Source of the DNA: Sedimenticolaceae bacterium
Lineage (GTDB): Bacteria; Pseudomonadota; Gammaproteobacteria; Chromatiales; Chromatiaceae
Assembly (NCBI GenBank): GCA_965224515.1
Contig: OZ245051.1
Location: 3,098,267 to 3,162,266 of the forward strand
DNA length: 64,000 nucleotides
Direction: 5' to 3'
Made by a program: the position numbers and the translations under genes. Under the pieces are notes generated by a model. The model was not told where the DNA came from. It was given only the letters and a program-made list of their open reading frames with translations, and searched no databases. Shown here one piece after another: positions 11,172 to 20,950 of this stretch (its first letter is position 1; each line of letters starts with the position of its first letter).

Positions 11172-11807
11172 CTAATGAAGCTCTGCTGCCTTTATTTCGC
11201 GGATCAGGTCATCCGCGAGCCGGATCATGCTTTTTCGCGTGAACAACATTCCCATGCGACTCCCCCCACACTGCCGCCAGAGCATGGCAGACCTTATACC
11301 GGCCAGGAGAAGAGAGCGGATTTTGTTGACGTTTTCAGGGTTTTGAAGATGCATGGGGTCCCCCTGGATCATGATGCGTGGCTGCAGTGTACTCAGGGTG
11401 GCTGCATAGGTTTCTGCCAACTGAGCAAGAATGTTGCCATGCAACATGGGGAAGTGTTCCAGCCTCTCCGTGGCAAGCTCTATATCATCACCTATCCGCT
11501 TCAGCATACCCGGCTGTTTTGATAATTTACGTTCAAGGTGGAGCAGGGAGATTACGTAGCGCGTAATTTCTATGTTCCTGCCTTTGCCGCCTTCCAGCTG
11601 TTGATGCAGCACATTGAGTCCGAACGATACACCTTTGACGCCGTTATATATGGCATCGACGGAGTCGGCATCGATTTTGAACAGGCTGTTAATGCTGTTC
11701 TCCATGGCCGAGGATTCGGTAAGCCCTCTGTGGGCAATCTGTGCTGCCAGGCCGGCTGCCTGGAAGACACCGGCAAGTGCGATGCATCTATCGCGTTCTG
11801 TCTTCAT
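11172..11807 (-). CDS. hflD: High-frequency-of-lysogenization protein HflD
   Basis: 211 aa with full-length resemblance to HflD (IALAGVFQAA...). Conserved position next to mnmA. Confidence 0.85.
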   Translation of the reverse strand: MKTERDRCIALAGVFQAAGLAAQIAHRGLTESSAMENSINSLFKIDADSVDAIYNGVKGVSFGLNVLHQQLEGGKGRNIEITRYVISLLHLERKLSKQPGMLKRIGDDIELATERLEHFPMLHGNILAQLAETYAATLSTLQPRIMIQGDPMHLQNPENVNKIRSLLLAGIRSAMLWRQCGGSRMGMLFTRKSMIRLADDLIREIKAAELH

Positions 11808-11845
11808 TTATGGATATTCTCTTAATACCGTCATGGGAACAGGCG

Positions 11846-12934
11846 CTAAAAGGCCGATTCGATTATTCCTCCACCCAGGCACTCATCACCCAGGTAGAAG
11901 ACGATGGATTGTCCGGGAGTTACAGCGCGCTGCTTCTCGTTAAAAACCACATTGCAGCAGTTTTTTGCGTCGGTGTTGAGAGTGCATTGCTGTAATGGCT
12001 GGCGATGTCGGATGCGCGCTTTGCATTCTATTGGAAGGTTGGGGGCTTTTCCTGACACCCAGTGCAGCTGGGATGCAATCAGCCCCTCTTTCAGCAGGCG
12101 TGGGTGGTCATGGCCCTGTGCAACGATCAACCGGTTTTGTTCAAGATCCTTGTCCACCACGAACCAGGGTGTTTCGCCGGCATCGGCACGGCCGCCAATG
12201 CCCAGGCCCTTGCGCTGGCCAAGTGTGTAGTACATCAAACCCTGGTGCTGGCCAATCTCTTCGCCATCGGGTGAAACCATCAGTCCCGGATTGGCAGGCA
12301 GGTAGCGGCTGAGAAACTCGGTGAATTTTCGTTCACCTATAAAACAGATACCTGTGCTGTCTTTCTTCTTGTGATTGGGGAATGCGGCCTGCTCGGCGAT
12401 TCTGCGCACTTCACTTTTATCCAGGTCGCCGAGGGGAAAACGTGCGCGGCTGAGCTGGGCTTGACCGAGCATGTAAAGAAAATAGGTTTGGTCCTTGTTC
12501 TCATCTTTCGCCCGCAGCATGTGTACGCTGTTGTTGTACTGTGCTGTTCGTGCATAGTGACCTGTGGCGATTGCTGCAGCTCCCAGGCTCATGGCGTGAT
12601 CGAGAAAAGCCTTGAACTTGATCTCCCTGTTACAGAGCACGTCCGGGTTGGGAGTCCGCCCGGCCCGGTATTCCGCAAGGAAGTATTCGAAAACATTATC
12701 CCAATACTCGGATGAAAAATTGATGGTATGCAGAGGAATTCCCAGCTGGTCAGAGACGGCCTGGGCATCGGTAAGATCTTCGGTTGCTGAACAATAGGCA
12801 TCGGTGTCATCCTCCTCCCAGTTCTTCATGAACAGGCCTTCGACCTCAAACCCCTGCTCCTTGAGCAACAGGGCTGCCACGGAGGAGTCGACGCCACCTG
12901 ACATGCCGACTATGATTTTCTCACGCTTGCTCAT
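11846..12934 (-). CDS. mnmA: tRNA 2-thiouridine(34) synthase
   Basis: 362 aa. PP-loop [12 protein letters not shown] and the conserved TGICFIGER motif. Confidence 0.95.
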   Translation of the reverse strand: MSKREKIIVGMSGGVDSSVAALLLKEQGFEVEGLFMKNWEEDDTDAYCSATEDLTDAQAVSDQLGIPLHTINFSSEYWDNVFEYFLAEYRAGRTPNPDVLCNREIKFKAFLDHAMSLGAAAIATGHYARTAQYNNSVHMLRAKDENKDQTYFLYMLGQAQLSRARFPLGDLDKSEVRRIAEQAAFPNHKKKDSTGICFIGERKFTEFLSRYLPANPGLMVSPDGEEIGQHQGLMYYTLGQRKGLGIGGRADAGETPWFVVDKDLEQNRLIVAQGHDHPRLLKEGLIASQLHWVSGKAPNLPIECKARIRHRQPLQQCTLNTDAKNCCNVVFNEKQRAVTPGQSIVFYLGDECLGGGIIESAF

Positions 12935-13530
12935 TCGGGTCTCTTTTCAATCCAGTTCTCTATCTTCTGCACCAGGGGTGGTTTACCGTTTTTGTCGACC
13001 CACGAGTCCACGGCGAATTGTTGTCCGCTGCCATGTTCCTGAATGACAGCGGTCCAATGTGTTCCCCATCCGAATAGACCTTCGTCCCGTTGCTGACGCT
13101 CCTCTACCAGGTGCCATTGTAGAAGATTGTCCTCTTCAATCAGTCGCAGATATGTCGTGGTGTTCAGGGATTCGGATATGCAGTCCAACTGGCCTGGATG
13201 TGAGCCATCGCCCTGGTTTTTTTCCAAGTCGCCACTTGTCCCTGCCTGCTCACCCACAAGTTCTTCAAGCAGCGCGATGGCCTGTCTGATCTGCTCTCTC
13301 TCTGTTACTGCATTGCCAACCCCTCTGAATTGCTGGCGTACTTGCTTCCACTGATCCTTCCTTAAGGTGACAGGTTTGAGTATGTCGCAGTGGTAGTCAG
13401 TGCATGTTTCAAAAGAAGCTGGTGCACCCCATGCTGAAGGTGCCAAGGCTGCGGTATAGAGGAGAGCAGCTGCGGCCGGTTTTTTCAGTGAAACCAACGG
13501 CACGCCGGTACGGAGTTCTTGGGTTGACAT
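12931..13530 (-). CDS. Secreted hypothetical protein, possible Cys-His-Asp papain/transglutaminase-like fold
   Basis: Start at 13530 (MSTQ...) or 13545. Signal-peptide-like [18 protein letters not shown]. Its stop overlaps the mnmA start (ATGA). No recognised family. Confidence 0.55.
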   Translation of the reverse strand: MSTQELRTGVPLVSLKKPAAAALLYTAALAPSAWGAPASFETCTDYHCDILKPVTLRKDQWKQVRQQFRGVGNAVTEREQIRQAIALLEELVGEQAGTSGDLEKNQGDGSHPGQLDCISESLNTTTYLRLIEEDNLLQWHLVEERQQRDEGLFGWGTHWTAVIQEHGSGQQFAVDSWVDKNGKPPLVQKIENWIEKRPE

Positions 13531-13531
13531 G

Positions 13532-13981
13532 TTAGCCAAGATCATTGAACAGGCTCAGTGGATAGGTGTTCCCTTTTAGGTAGTCGTCGATGCAGCGCAG
13601 CACCATGGGGCTGCGAAGCCGGTCCCCCTTGGCTGCCAACTCTTCACGGCTCAACCAGACTGCACGGATGATACCGTCATCAAGGGGCTGATCAGGTTGA
13701 TGATCACTGCATTTGCCGTGGAAACAGAAGCGCACATAGGTATCTCCGCTAGGTGGGACCTGCCAACGGTATATGCCGACAAGGCCCGCTGGTTCCATAA
13801 GCCAGGCGGTCTCCTCCCGTGTCTCGCGGACTACGGCATCAATAAGGCTCTCGCCCTCATCGAGGTGACCTGCGGGTTGGTTGAAAACAACCAGTCCATT
13901 TCGCGTTGTCTCCTCGACCGTTAGAAAGCGGCCCTCTCTTTCGATAACTGCTGCGACAGTAGTGCGTGGAAACCAGGTCAT
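13532..13981 (-). CDS. nudJ: NUDIX hydrolase (NudJ-like)
   Basis: 149 aa with Nudix box GHLDEGESLIDAVVRETREETA. Synteny with rluE and mnmA as in E. coli. Confidence 0.8.
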   Translation of the reverse strand: MTWFPRTTVAAVIEREGRFLTVEETTRNGLVVFNQPAGHLDEGESLIDAVVRETREETAWLMEPAGLVGIYRWQVPPSGDTYVRFCFHGKCSDHQPDQPLDDGIIRAVWLSREELAAKGDRLRSPMVLRCIDDYLKGNTYPLSLFNDLG

Positions 13982-14044
13982 GACAGGATTTTACCCTCTA
14001 ATCGAGGCAATGTCAGACTTGGTGGATAGGCGGATTAGAGTAAA

Positions 14045-14599
14045 TCATGCCTTTCCCGGTCTAACATCGATGACCCGAAATTCACCGGGCTGCAGCTCCC
14101 CCAGTCGCCAGCGTCCCACCTCTTTGCGTACCAGGCGCAGGGTGGGGTGGCCAATGGCCGCTGTCATGCGCCGGACCTGGCGGTTTCGCCCCTCGCGTAT
14201 CTTGATTTCAATCCATTGGGTCGGGATTTTTGCCCGGAAACGCACAGGAGGATCTCTTGGCCATAGTTCTTGCTCAGTGATAAGGCGTGCCTTGGCGGGC
14301 AGGGTGGGACCATCCTTGAGCTCAAGCCCTGTGCGCAACCTCTCCAGGGCGGTTTCATCGGGAATGTTCTCTACCTGGACCAGGTATGTTTTCCAGGTTT
14401 TGAACCGTGGATTGGCGAGCTGGTGCTGTAATTTCCCATCGTCGGTCAGCAGCAGAAGCCCTTCACTGTCACGATCCAGGCGACCTGCAGGGTAAACCCC
14501 TTTCAAAGGTATAAAGTCAGCGAGGGTCTGGCGGCCGCTCTGATCAGTGAACTGGCTGAGAACATCGTAGGGTTTATTGAGCAGGACAATACGGGACAT
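14045..14599 (-). CDS. rluE: 23S rRNA pseudouridine(2457) synthase
   Basis: 184 aa with RsuA-family catalytic motif [14 protein letters not shown]. Confidence 0.9.
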   Translation of the reverse strand: MSRIVLLNKPYDVLSQFTDQSGRQTLADFIPLKGVYPAGRLDRDSEGLLLLTDDGKLQHQLANPRFKTWKTYLVQVENIPDETALERLRTGLELKDGPTLPAKARLITEQELWPRDPPVRFRAKIPTQWIEIKIREGRNRQVRRMTAAIGHPTLRLVRKEVGRWRLGELQPGEFRVIDVRPGKA

Positions 14600-14667
14600 G
14601 GCTTGAACGCAATGATTGAATGCGCAGATTATCCTTCACTACCTTCGGATGTTCCAGCAGAACAGGG

Positions 14668-15987
14668 TTAATACTGGATCAGAACCTCTTCGATACCAAT
14701 ATCATATGCACCGGCAGGGAGACCCCGTGAAATAAAGATATCATTCTCCATCTTTGACAGATCGACCTGGTGTAATGGGGAAACACTCTTTTTTTCGGCA
14801 TCAAGAAACAACATGATGGAGGGGCGTAGCCGTTGGTTCTTGCTGATGGAGACCACGGCGCCAACTTCCCCCGTACTCAGCTCAACCAAAGAGCCGATGG
14901 GGTAGATGCCGATGGTCTGGATAAAGGACTCTATGAGGTCAGGAGGGAATTTTTTTCCGCGCAGTGCGTAGAGCTCTGTGATTGCGGCATGGGGTGACAT
15001 GGCCCCTGTTTCCACGTAGGGGCGGTGGCTGGTCATTGCGTCGAAGCTGTCTGCTATACCCGCGATTTTTCCATAGAGGGGTATGTCATCATTGTCGAGT
15101 TGCTGAGGGTAGCCACTGCCATCTGAGCGCTCATGGTGGGTGGCGATCATCTGCAGCAGTTCCATATGATCACTGTTTCTTGTGGCGGTGGCGGCTTTTG
15201 CGAGGACCTTAACCCCGAGGTTTACATGCTCGTCCATCTGTTTCTTCTGTTCTGGACTGAGTTTCCCCCGGTTTTTCAAAAGCTCCACGGGAAGACTGCT
15301 TTTTCCCAGGTCCAGGAGCAGGCCGCCGAGAGCCAGTGTTTGAATATGTGTTTTCTCCATACCCAGGTGACGACCGAAGGTGGCACACCATACAGATGTG
15401 CTCAGAGCGCGGGTGTAGGTGTAGTCGTCCAGCTTTTTCATCTGGGCCATCCACATCATGGCCGACTGGTTATTGATAATGCTGTTAACCATGTCCGAGA
15501 TACCGTCTTTTACAACGATAAGATCAAGGTCTTTCTGCTTTTCAAGATCGGTGACTACACGCTCAAGCTCCCTCTGGACTTTTTTGTAGACCCGGTCAGC
15601 AGACCTGATCTCCTTTTCGAGAGGCTTTTTGTCTTCGTAGGTCTGTCTGTTGAGTTTTTTTATCTCATGCGGGTCAACGCTGACACTGTAATCCTGGGTC
15701 TCAGAGCTCTCTTCAGTGTCGGTAAAAGATGCTGGCTTCTCGGGTGAGATATACATTGGTGAGGGTGCCGGACCCCGGTTGGTATCGATATAGACATACC
15801 TGGTGTGCTCTTTCAGGCGCTGAATATCCACCTCGGATTTAATCCGGATTCCCTGGAAAGCAAAGGGTGTCTCAAGCCATGACTGGTCAAGCCTAGAGAC
15901 ATACATGCCAACCCTCAGGCCGGCAATATTCGCCCTGACTTCATTAACCGTTACATCTGTGTCCATTTGGTCGTTCATTACATCCAC
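14668..15987 (-). CDS. HD-GYP domain c-di-GMP phosphodiesterase with DUF3391-like N-terminus
   Basis: 439 aa with a GTG start (alternative ATG at 15978). Carries HHERSDGSGYPQ. Confidence 0.85.
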   Translation of the reverse strand: MDVMNDQMDTDVTVNEVRANIAGLRVGMYVSRLDQSWLETPFAFQGIRIKSEVDIQRLKEHTRYVYIDTNRGPAPSPMYISPEKPASFTDTEESSETQDYSVSVDPHEIKKLNRQTYEDKKPLEKEIRSADRVYKKVQRELERVVTDLEKQKDLDLIVVKDGISDMVNSIINNQSAMMWMAQMKKLDDYTYTRALSTSVWCATFGRHLGMEKTHIQTLALGGLLLDLGKSSLPVELLKNRGKLSPEQKKQMDEHVNLGVKVLAKAATATRNSDHMELLQMIATHHERSDGSGYPQQLDNDDIPLYGKIAGIADSFDAMTSHRPYVETGAMSPHAAITELYALRGKKFPPDLIESFIQTIGIYPIGSLVELSTGEVGAVVSISKNQRLRPSIMLFLDAEKKSVSPLHQVDLSKMENDIFISRGLPAGAYDIGIEEVLIQY

Positions 15988-16147
15988 TATCCTGATTATG
16001 GATGGGATATTTACATTTATTTAATCTCCTAGACAACCTTTAATGATAGGAGTGGGAATAAAAGTATTAGCAAGGTGTTTTTTACCGACTTCGCCTGAAA
16101 TTCACTTGATTAAACAGGAGGATTATGCGGTTTAAATCGACGGTTGA

Positions 16148-17503
16148 TCAGTTATATGGCCTGACCTGGTTTCTGCCCCCATCTTTTGCTGCGTAGAGGG
16201 CCTCATCAGCGTGGCGAATCAGCTCTGTAGTATCCTCAACACTGTCATTTGGGAAGGAGGTGTAGCCCGCGCTGATTGTGACATTAACTTTTTGCTCAGC
16301 ATCCATTATAACCGTCTCTTCTATAAGTCGGCGGATACGTTCAGCACTGGCTGCAGCATCCTCAGTGGATGCGCCGGGAAGAAGAACCAGGAACTCTTCA
16401 CCACCGTAACGGATCACAATATCCCCTTCACGCAGTGCCGAGCGCGTGGTTTCAGATACTTTGGATAACACCCTGTCACCAACAAGGTGTCCGTAGGTAT
16501 CGTTGATCGACTTGAAGTGATCAAGATCGAACATAAGTAGCCCCAGTGGGGCGCTGTCACGTATGGCACGTTTGAACTCCTCGCCCAATCGTCCCAGGCC
16601 AAACCGCCTGTTGTAACAGTTGGTGAGTGGGTCCAGAGCGGCAGTACGCTGAAGGCGGTCGTGGGTAAGGGCGTTATTGAGCGCAAGACCAAAACCCTGG
16701 CGAAACAGTTCGCACAGCTTGAGTGCTTCACTGGTTACTGGATGACTGGAAGCCACGATGACAAGGCCAAGAGTCTGCATCTTGAATGTTGTTGGTATCA
16801 GAATGATATCGTGAGGCCGGAAGTCTGTGAGTACACCCTCGACGACTATATTGCCCGGGATCTCCAGGTGTACGATTTCCTGGCCACGCAGGGCGTGTCT
16901 CACTTGTGGGCTGTTCAGGACTGCTTCCGGCTGTTTGATGCCCCTGTTTGCAGAAATAGAAAACTCGCCTTCATTATCGGTAAAGACGATACCTGCGATT
17001 GTTCCTGTATGTGAGAGAAGCAGGTTCAGGCCGTCTTTTGTCAGGTCTTCCAGTTCAAGTTTGCTTGAGAGGGTTTTGCTGAAATCACTGGCTGCAGACT
17101 CCATCTCCTGTGAACGGATAAGCTCGTAGACCAGTGCATTGAATGCATTTGCGCTCTCTCCAATCTCATCGTCGGAATCACAGGCGATGTGGCATTTATC
17201 CCCGTCACAGTTAGACCAGTCTGATTTCAAGGTGGCTGCTCGTATGGCCTCCTGGATATTTTTCATGCCATCGACCAGGGTGCGCAGGCGGGGACGGATA
17301 ACCCAGTTTGCAAGCAAGTAGTTGAACAGGGCGACAAGAATCCCTGCCATTATGGTGGCTGAGAAGAAGTAGCCTTGTAGAACCTCCGATTCAGGCAGGC
17401 CGAGTATGAGAAGAAAAAATGGGAAAATAATGCCGGTGATTATGCCGAACGCAATCATCCAGATGGAAAGATCGTAAAATATCTTTCTTGTTATACGTGG
17501 CAT
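16148..17503 (-). CDS. Membrane-bound diguanylate cyclase (2 TM, HAMP-like, sensor region, GGDEF)
   Basis: 451 aa. RYGGEEFLVLLP active site. An RxxD I-site candidate lies upstream. Confidence 0.85.
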   Translation of the reverse strand: MPRITRKIFYDLSIWMIAFGIITGIIFPFFLLILGLPESEVLQGYFFSATIMAGILVALFNYLLANWVIRPRLRTLVDGMKNIQEAIRAATLKSDWSNCDGDKCHIACDSDDEIGESANAFNALVYELIRSQEMESAASDFSKTLSSKLELEDLTKDGLNLLLSHTGTIAGIVFTDNEGEFSISANRGIKQPEAVLNSPQVRHALRGQEIVHLEIPGNIVVEGVLTDFRPHDIILIPTTFKMQTLGLVIVASSHPVTSEALKLCELFRQGFGLALNNALTHDRLQRTAALDPLTNCYNRRFGLGRLGEEFKRAIRDSAPLGLLMFDLDHFKSINDTYGHLVGDRVLSKVSETTRSALREGDIVIRYGGEEFLVLLPGASTEDAAASAERIRRLIEETVIMDAEQKVNVTISAGYTSFPNDSVEDTTELIRHADEALYAAKDGGRNQVRPYN

Positions 17504-17618
17504 CCCATCAGCCCATTTTGCTCGTTAGTGGTCAATAATCCAAACATCGGCAGCCGCTGGCAAAGCATTAGATGTACTAATCTTAGTACAATTATCATCT
17601 CATCCGGAGAAGAACTGT

Positions 17619-18146
17619 ATGCATATGGGGAAATCGATAATCACCTGTTTGGTTCTGGTTGCTGTTGCTCTTCTTGGGGCCTGTTCAGATCGTTCAGACC
17701 ATACGGCAGTGTTAAAGCAGTATCCCCTGGATAGCCTTGACAGCATTGGATCGATAGATGGGGTCAGGTTTGACTCTGACATATCAAGCGATGGTCGAGG
17801 GGCCCTGCATATCAAGGCCTCAACCGGAACAACAGTAAAACTGTTTGAAACCGGGGACCTGGATGTTGAAAACACGCAGTTGATCTACCAGGCAAAAATC
17901 AGAACTGAGGGGGTAAACGGGACGGTATATCTGGAGATGTGGTGCAGTTTCCCGGGAAAGGGGGAGTTTTTCTCACGGGCCCTGCATGGGCCCCTGTCCG
18001 GAACAAATGACTGGGTTTCCCAGGCGACACCTTTTTTTCTCAAGCAGGGTGAAAATCCGGACAATGTTAAGCTGAACCTTGTTATCGACGGGACAGGGGA
18101 TGTCTGGATTGATGATATCAAGCTGCTGACCGCTCCTTTGAAATAG
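17619..18146 (+). CDS. Lipoprotein with jelly-roll/CBM-like domain, unknown function
   Basis: 175 aa with lipobox LLGAC. The C-terminal VWIDDIKLL is typical of galactose-binding-like folds; this fold assignment is an inference. Confidence 0.6.
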   Translation: MHMGKSIITCLVLVAVALLGACSDRSDHTAVLKQYPLDSLDSIGSIDGVRFDSDISSDGRGALHIKASTGTTVKLFETGDLDVENTQLIYQAKIRTEGVNGTVYLEMWCSFPGKGEFFSRALHGPLSGTNDWVSQATPFFLKQGENPDNVKLNLVIDGTGDVWIDDIKLLTAPLK

Positions 18147-18154
18147 AAATAACA

Positions 18155-18682
18155 ATGGGTGGACAAAAGGTTTTATTCAGAGAGGTCCAGAAGTTCAACC
18201 AGGGTTGGTTATGGATTCTTCTTGCTATAGCTGTGTTATCGGTGGTTGTTCCTTTCGGGTATGGCATGGTGACGCAACTTGTTTTTGGATATGCCTGGGG
18301 TTCAAGAGCGATGTCGGATACAGCGCTGCTCTTAACCGGGTCTCTGCTGATTGTTTGCGTGCTAGGGCTCTGCTACCTGATCTACGTATTGAGACTGGTC
18401 ACGGAAGTAGACGACGAGGGAGTGTCGATTCATTTTTATCCCTTGAGCAGAAAGTTCATTCGCTACTCTGAAATCAGCTCGTGCACGGCAAGAGTATATC
18501 GTCCGATTCGCGAGTATGGGGGATGGGGTATCAAATACGGCCCTTCAGGCAAGGCTTATAATGTCAGCGGCGACAGGGGAGTTCAGCTTGTGTTGAATAC
18601 AGGGAAACACCTGCTGATCGGTTCACAGTCCAGTGATCAGCTGGCAGAGACAATCAACAGCAAACTGGCCCAATCCAGGTAA
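18155..18682 (+). CDS. Membrane protein (2 TM plus bacterial PH-like domain), unknown function
   Basis: 175 aa, 8 nt downstream of the lipoprotein gene. Two hydrophobic helices are followed by YGGWGIKYGPSGKAYNVSG. Confidence 0.6.
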   Translation: MGGQKVLFREVQKFNQGWLWILLAIAVLSVVVPFGYGMVTQLVFGYAWGSRAMSDTALLLTGSLLIVCVLGLCYLIYVLRLVTEVDDEGVSIHFYPLSRKFIRYSEISSCTARVYRPIREYGGWGIKYGPSGKAYNVSGDRGVQLVLNTGKHLLIGSQSSDQLAETINSKLAQSR

Positions 18683-18758
18683 ACCACCGCCACAGGATGT
18701 AAGATTCGAACAGGCTTTGCCGATCCGGCATGGGGATAGTGCAAAAGTTGAGAAACAC

Positions 18759-18786
18759 CTGTAGGAGCGAACTTGTTCGCGAACAG
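18759..18786. repeat. Singleton REP of a second family (CTGTAGGAGCGAACTTGTTCGCGAACAG)
   Basis: GTAG-led element with palindrome GCGAAC-TT-GTTCGC. It resembles the Pseudomonas-type REP consensus as I recall it. Confidence 0.55.
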
Positions 18787-19008
18787 CCTCAATTGACTCA
18801 GATCACGGATAAACCAGTAGACGCGGCTTTTCAGCCAGAATTAGCAGGTAAAAAAGGCTCTGTCCTGGTTAAATATGTTTTTTCAATTCGGGCTCTTGTG
18901 CCCGGAGGGTAGAAGCCCGACCTGCAAGGGCTGGATAGGCTACAAATGTTGGTTTCAACACCAAACTGCCAGCTCTGCAGGTAGTAGCTGATTGCAGTCA
19001 ATTACCGC

Positions 19009-19920
19009 TCAGCGGATGATAACCTTGTTACGACCACTCTTCTTCGCCTGGTATAGCGCGTCATCAACACGCTTGAATATGATCTTCTGATCATCATCAT
19101 CCTGCAGGGTGGTAACTCCAAGGCTGGCCGTGATGCGCTGGTCGCTGTTGGGTATATGAGTAACATCCTCGACGGCTATGCGGATTCTTTCTGCAAGCAG
19201 GTTGGCGCCTTGTGAACCGGTATTTGTGAGTAGTATAAGGAACTCCTCGCCACCGTATCTGAAAAGCAGGTCACTCTCGCGAATCGTTTTTTCAGCACAT
19301 TGGGCAATTGAATTCAGCGCCTTGTCACCATGCAGGTGGCCATATGTGTCGTTGATGCCTTTGAAGTGGTCGATATCCAGAAGAATGATTGAGAGGGGAG
19401 AGTCATGGCGCCTTGCCAGCTCTATCTCTCTGCGCATGGTGCTGTCCATTGAGGCGCGATTTCGGGCGCCGGTCAAAGGGTCAATCATTGCCGTCTGCTG
19501 GGCTTTCTTGTAGAGAAGTGCGTTTCTCAGTGGATAAAGAATACTTACCAGCAGATTTTCGATGCTTTCAAGTTCGTTGTCTGAAAAGCGGGTGGTCCGG
19601 ATCAGTTCAAGGGTTCCAAGCTCATCGGTTGCAACCAGCAGTTCGTAAGAACATCTGTGTCCGGTCTGAAGTCCATGGGGAATTTCCACCTGCTGCTCTT
19701 GCTGTTGATAGAGGATACCGTCGAACTGGATCACCCGGTTGAGCTGCTTGAAAAAGAGTGTGATCAGTTCATCGAGATCCAGGGTGGTCTGCAGCATGCC
19801 TGACAGAGCCAGTGCTTTTGAGACGAGATCCTCATCGAGTCCTGTCTGCTCTTCAAATTGCGTGCTGTGCGAGGCTACGAATTTCCTGTTGTCATGGAGA
19901 CTGAAAATTTGACCACTCAT
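19009..19920 (-). CDS. Cytoplasmic diguanylate cyclase (GAF-like N-terminus plus GGDEF)
   Basis: 303 aa with RYGGEEFLILL and DPLTGARNR. Confidence 0.85.
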   Translation of the reverse strand: MSGQIFSLHDNRKFVASHSTQFEEQTGLDEDLVSKALALSGMLQTTLDLDELITLFFKQLNRVIQFDGILYQQQEQQVEIPHGLQTGHRCSYELLVATDELGTLELIRTTRFSDNELESIENLLVSILYPLRNALLYKKAQQTAMIDPLTGARNRASMDSTMRREIELARRHDSPLSIILLDIDHFKGINDTYGHLHGDKALNSIAQCAEKTIRESDLLFRYGGEEFLILLTNTGSQGANLLAERIRIAVEDVTHIPNSDQRITASLGVTTLQDDDDQKIIFKRVDDALYQAKKSGRNKVIIR

Positions 19921-20078
19921 GCCGAATATCCCTTTATTCCTGTTATGTTGGGAATTAAGCGATATTCATGCCAATAGGGTATATCCTATATGAAACAATG
20001 AGTTGTATATTTCAGTTCCATCGACGACAGAAATATGACGGAAATTGAGAGCCGATAACCGGCTTCTTTTTGCCGGGG

Positions 20079-20834
20079 TCAGGCCTGTGACCAATCTTCC
20101 AGTGTGAGGGCCTGACCGGTTGTCCCGTTGCTGTCCGGTCCCATGATCCAGAGATAGAAAGGGATCAGCTCTTCCGGGCTTTTATTGATCGCGGGATTCT
20201 CTCCCGGGTAGGCAGCAGCACGCAGATTTGTGCTGGTAGGTCCGGGGTCGATGCTGTTGACCCGGATATTGGTGCTTTCTTCTGTCTCTTCGGCGAGCAG
20301 TTGCATCAGTCCCTCTACGCCAAACTTGGAAACGGCGTAGGCCCCCCAGTAGGCCTTTGCCTTTCGACCGACGCTGTCCGAGGTGAACACCAACGAGGCA
20401 TCTTTGGATTTTTTCAACAGCGGCAGGCAGGCCTGGGTGAGCATGAAAGGGCCGTTGAGGTTGACCTGCATCACCTGGAACCAGGTTTCGATGTCGTAAT
20501 CATCAATGCGACTCATGAGTTTTAGCTGGGCGGCACTGTGCAGCAGTCCGTCCAGGGAGTCGAACTCTTTACCAAGGGTCTCCGCCAACTCGTAGTAGTC
20601 GTGGTCGGTGGCGCCTTCGAGATTCAGTGGGTAGATGGCGGGTTGGATTCCACCAGCCTCTTCAATCTCGTCGTAGACTTTTTCAAGCTTTGCCAGGGTG
20701 CGGCCCAGCAGTACCACGGTGGCCCCGTGCATCGCATAGGCGATGGATGCAGCTCGACCAATACCGTCACCTGCTCCGGTGACAAGCACAGTTCGCCCTT
20801 TGAGCAGGTCTGGAGATGGCTGATAGTTACGCAT
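20079..20834 (-). CDS. yciK: SDR-family oxidoreductase YciK
   Basis: 251 aa with VTGAGDGIG and YAVSK. Position next to gph-ubiG as in Pseudomonas. Confidence 0.8.
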   Translation of the reverse strand: MRNYQPSPDLLKGRTVLVTGAGDGIGRAASIAYAMHGATVVLLGRTLAKLEKVYDEIEEAGGIQPAIYPLNLEGATDHDYYELAETLGKEFDSLDGLLHSAAQLKLMSRIDDYDIETWFQVMQVNLNGPFMLTQACLPLLKKSKDASLVFTSDSVGRKAKAYWGAYAVSKFGVEGLMQLLAEETEESTNIRVNSIDPGPTSTNLRAAAYPGENPAINKSPEELIPFYLWIMGPDSNGTTGQALTLEDWSQA

Positions 20835-20950
20835 AAAAAAAGTCCAAAAATCGGTCTAAAACAGTGGTTAGTTTACCTGGAGCTGGAGAAGTGTTCGACC
20901 CTTCGGGTTCTGTTTTATTTTCTCAATGCCTGAGAGAGAAAAATTTGTTT

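Noticed and set aside
20880-20925. A plus-strand hairpin plus T-tract (GTTCGACCCTTCGGGTTC TGTTTTATTTT) between two minus-strand genes (yciK and gph).
   Set aside because: The stem is short and imperfect, and the orientation does not fit either flanking gene. It could at most stop antisense transcription. The support is insufficient to call a feature.
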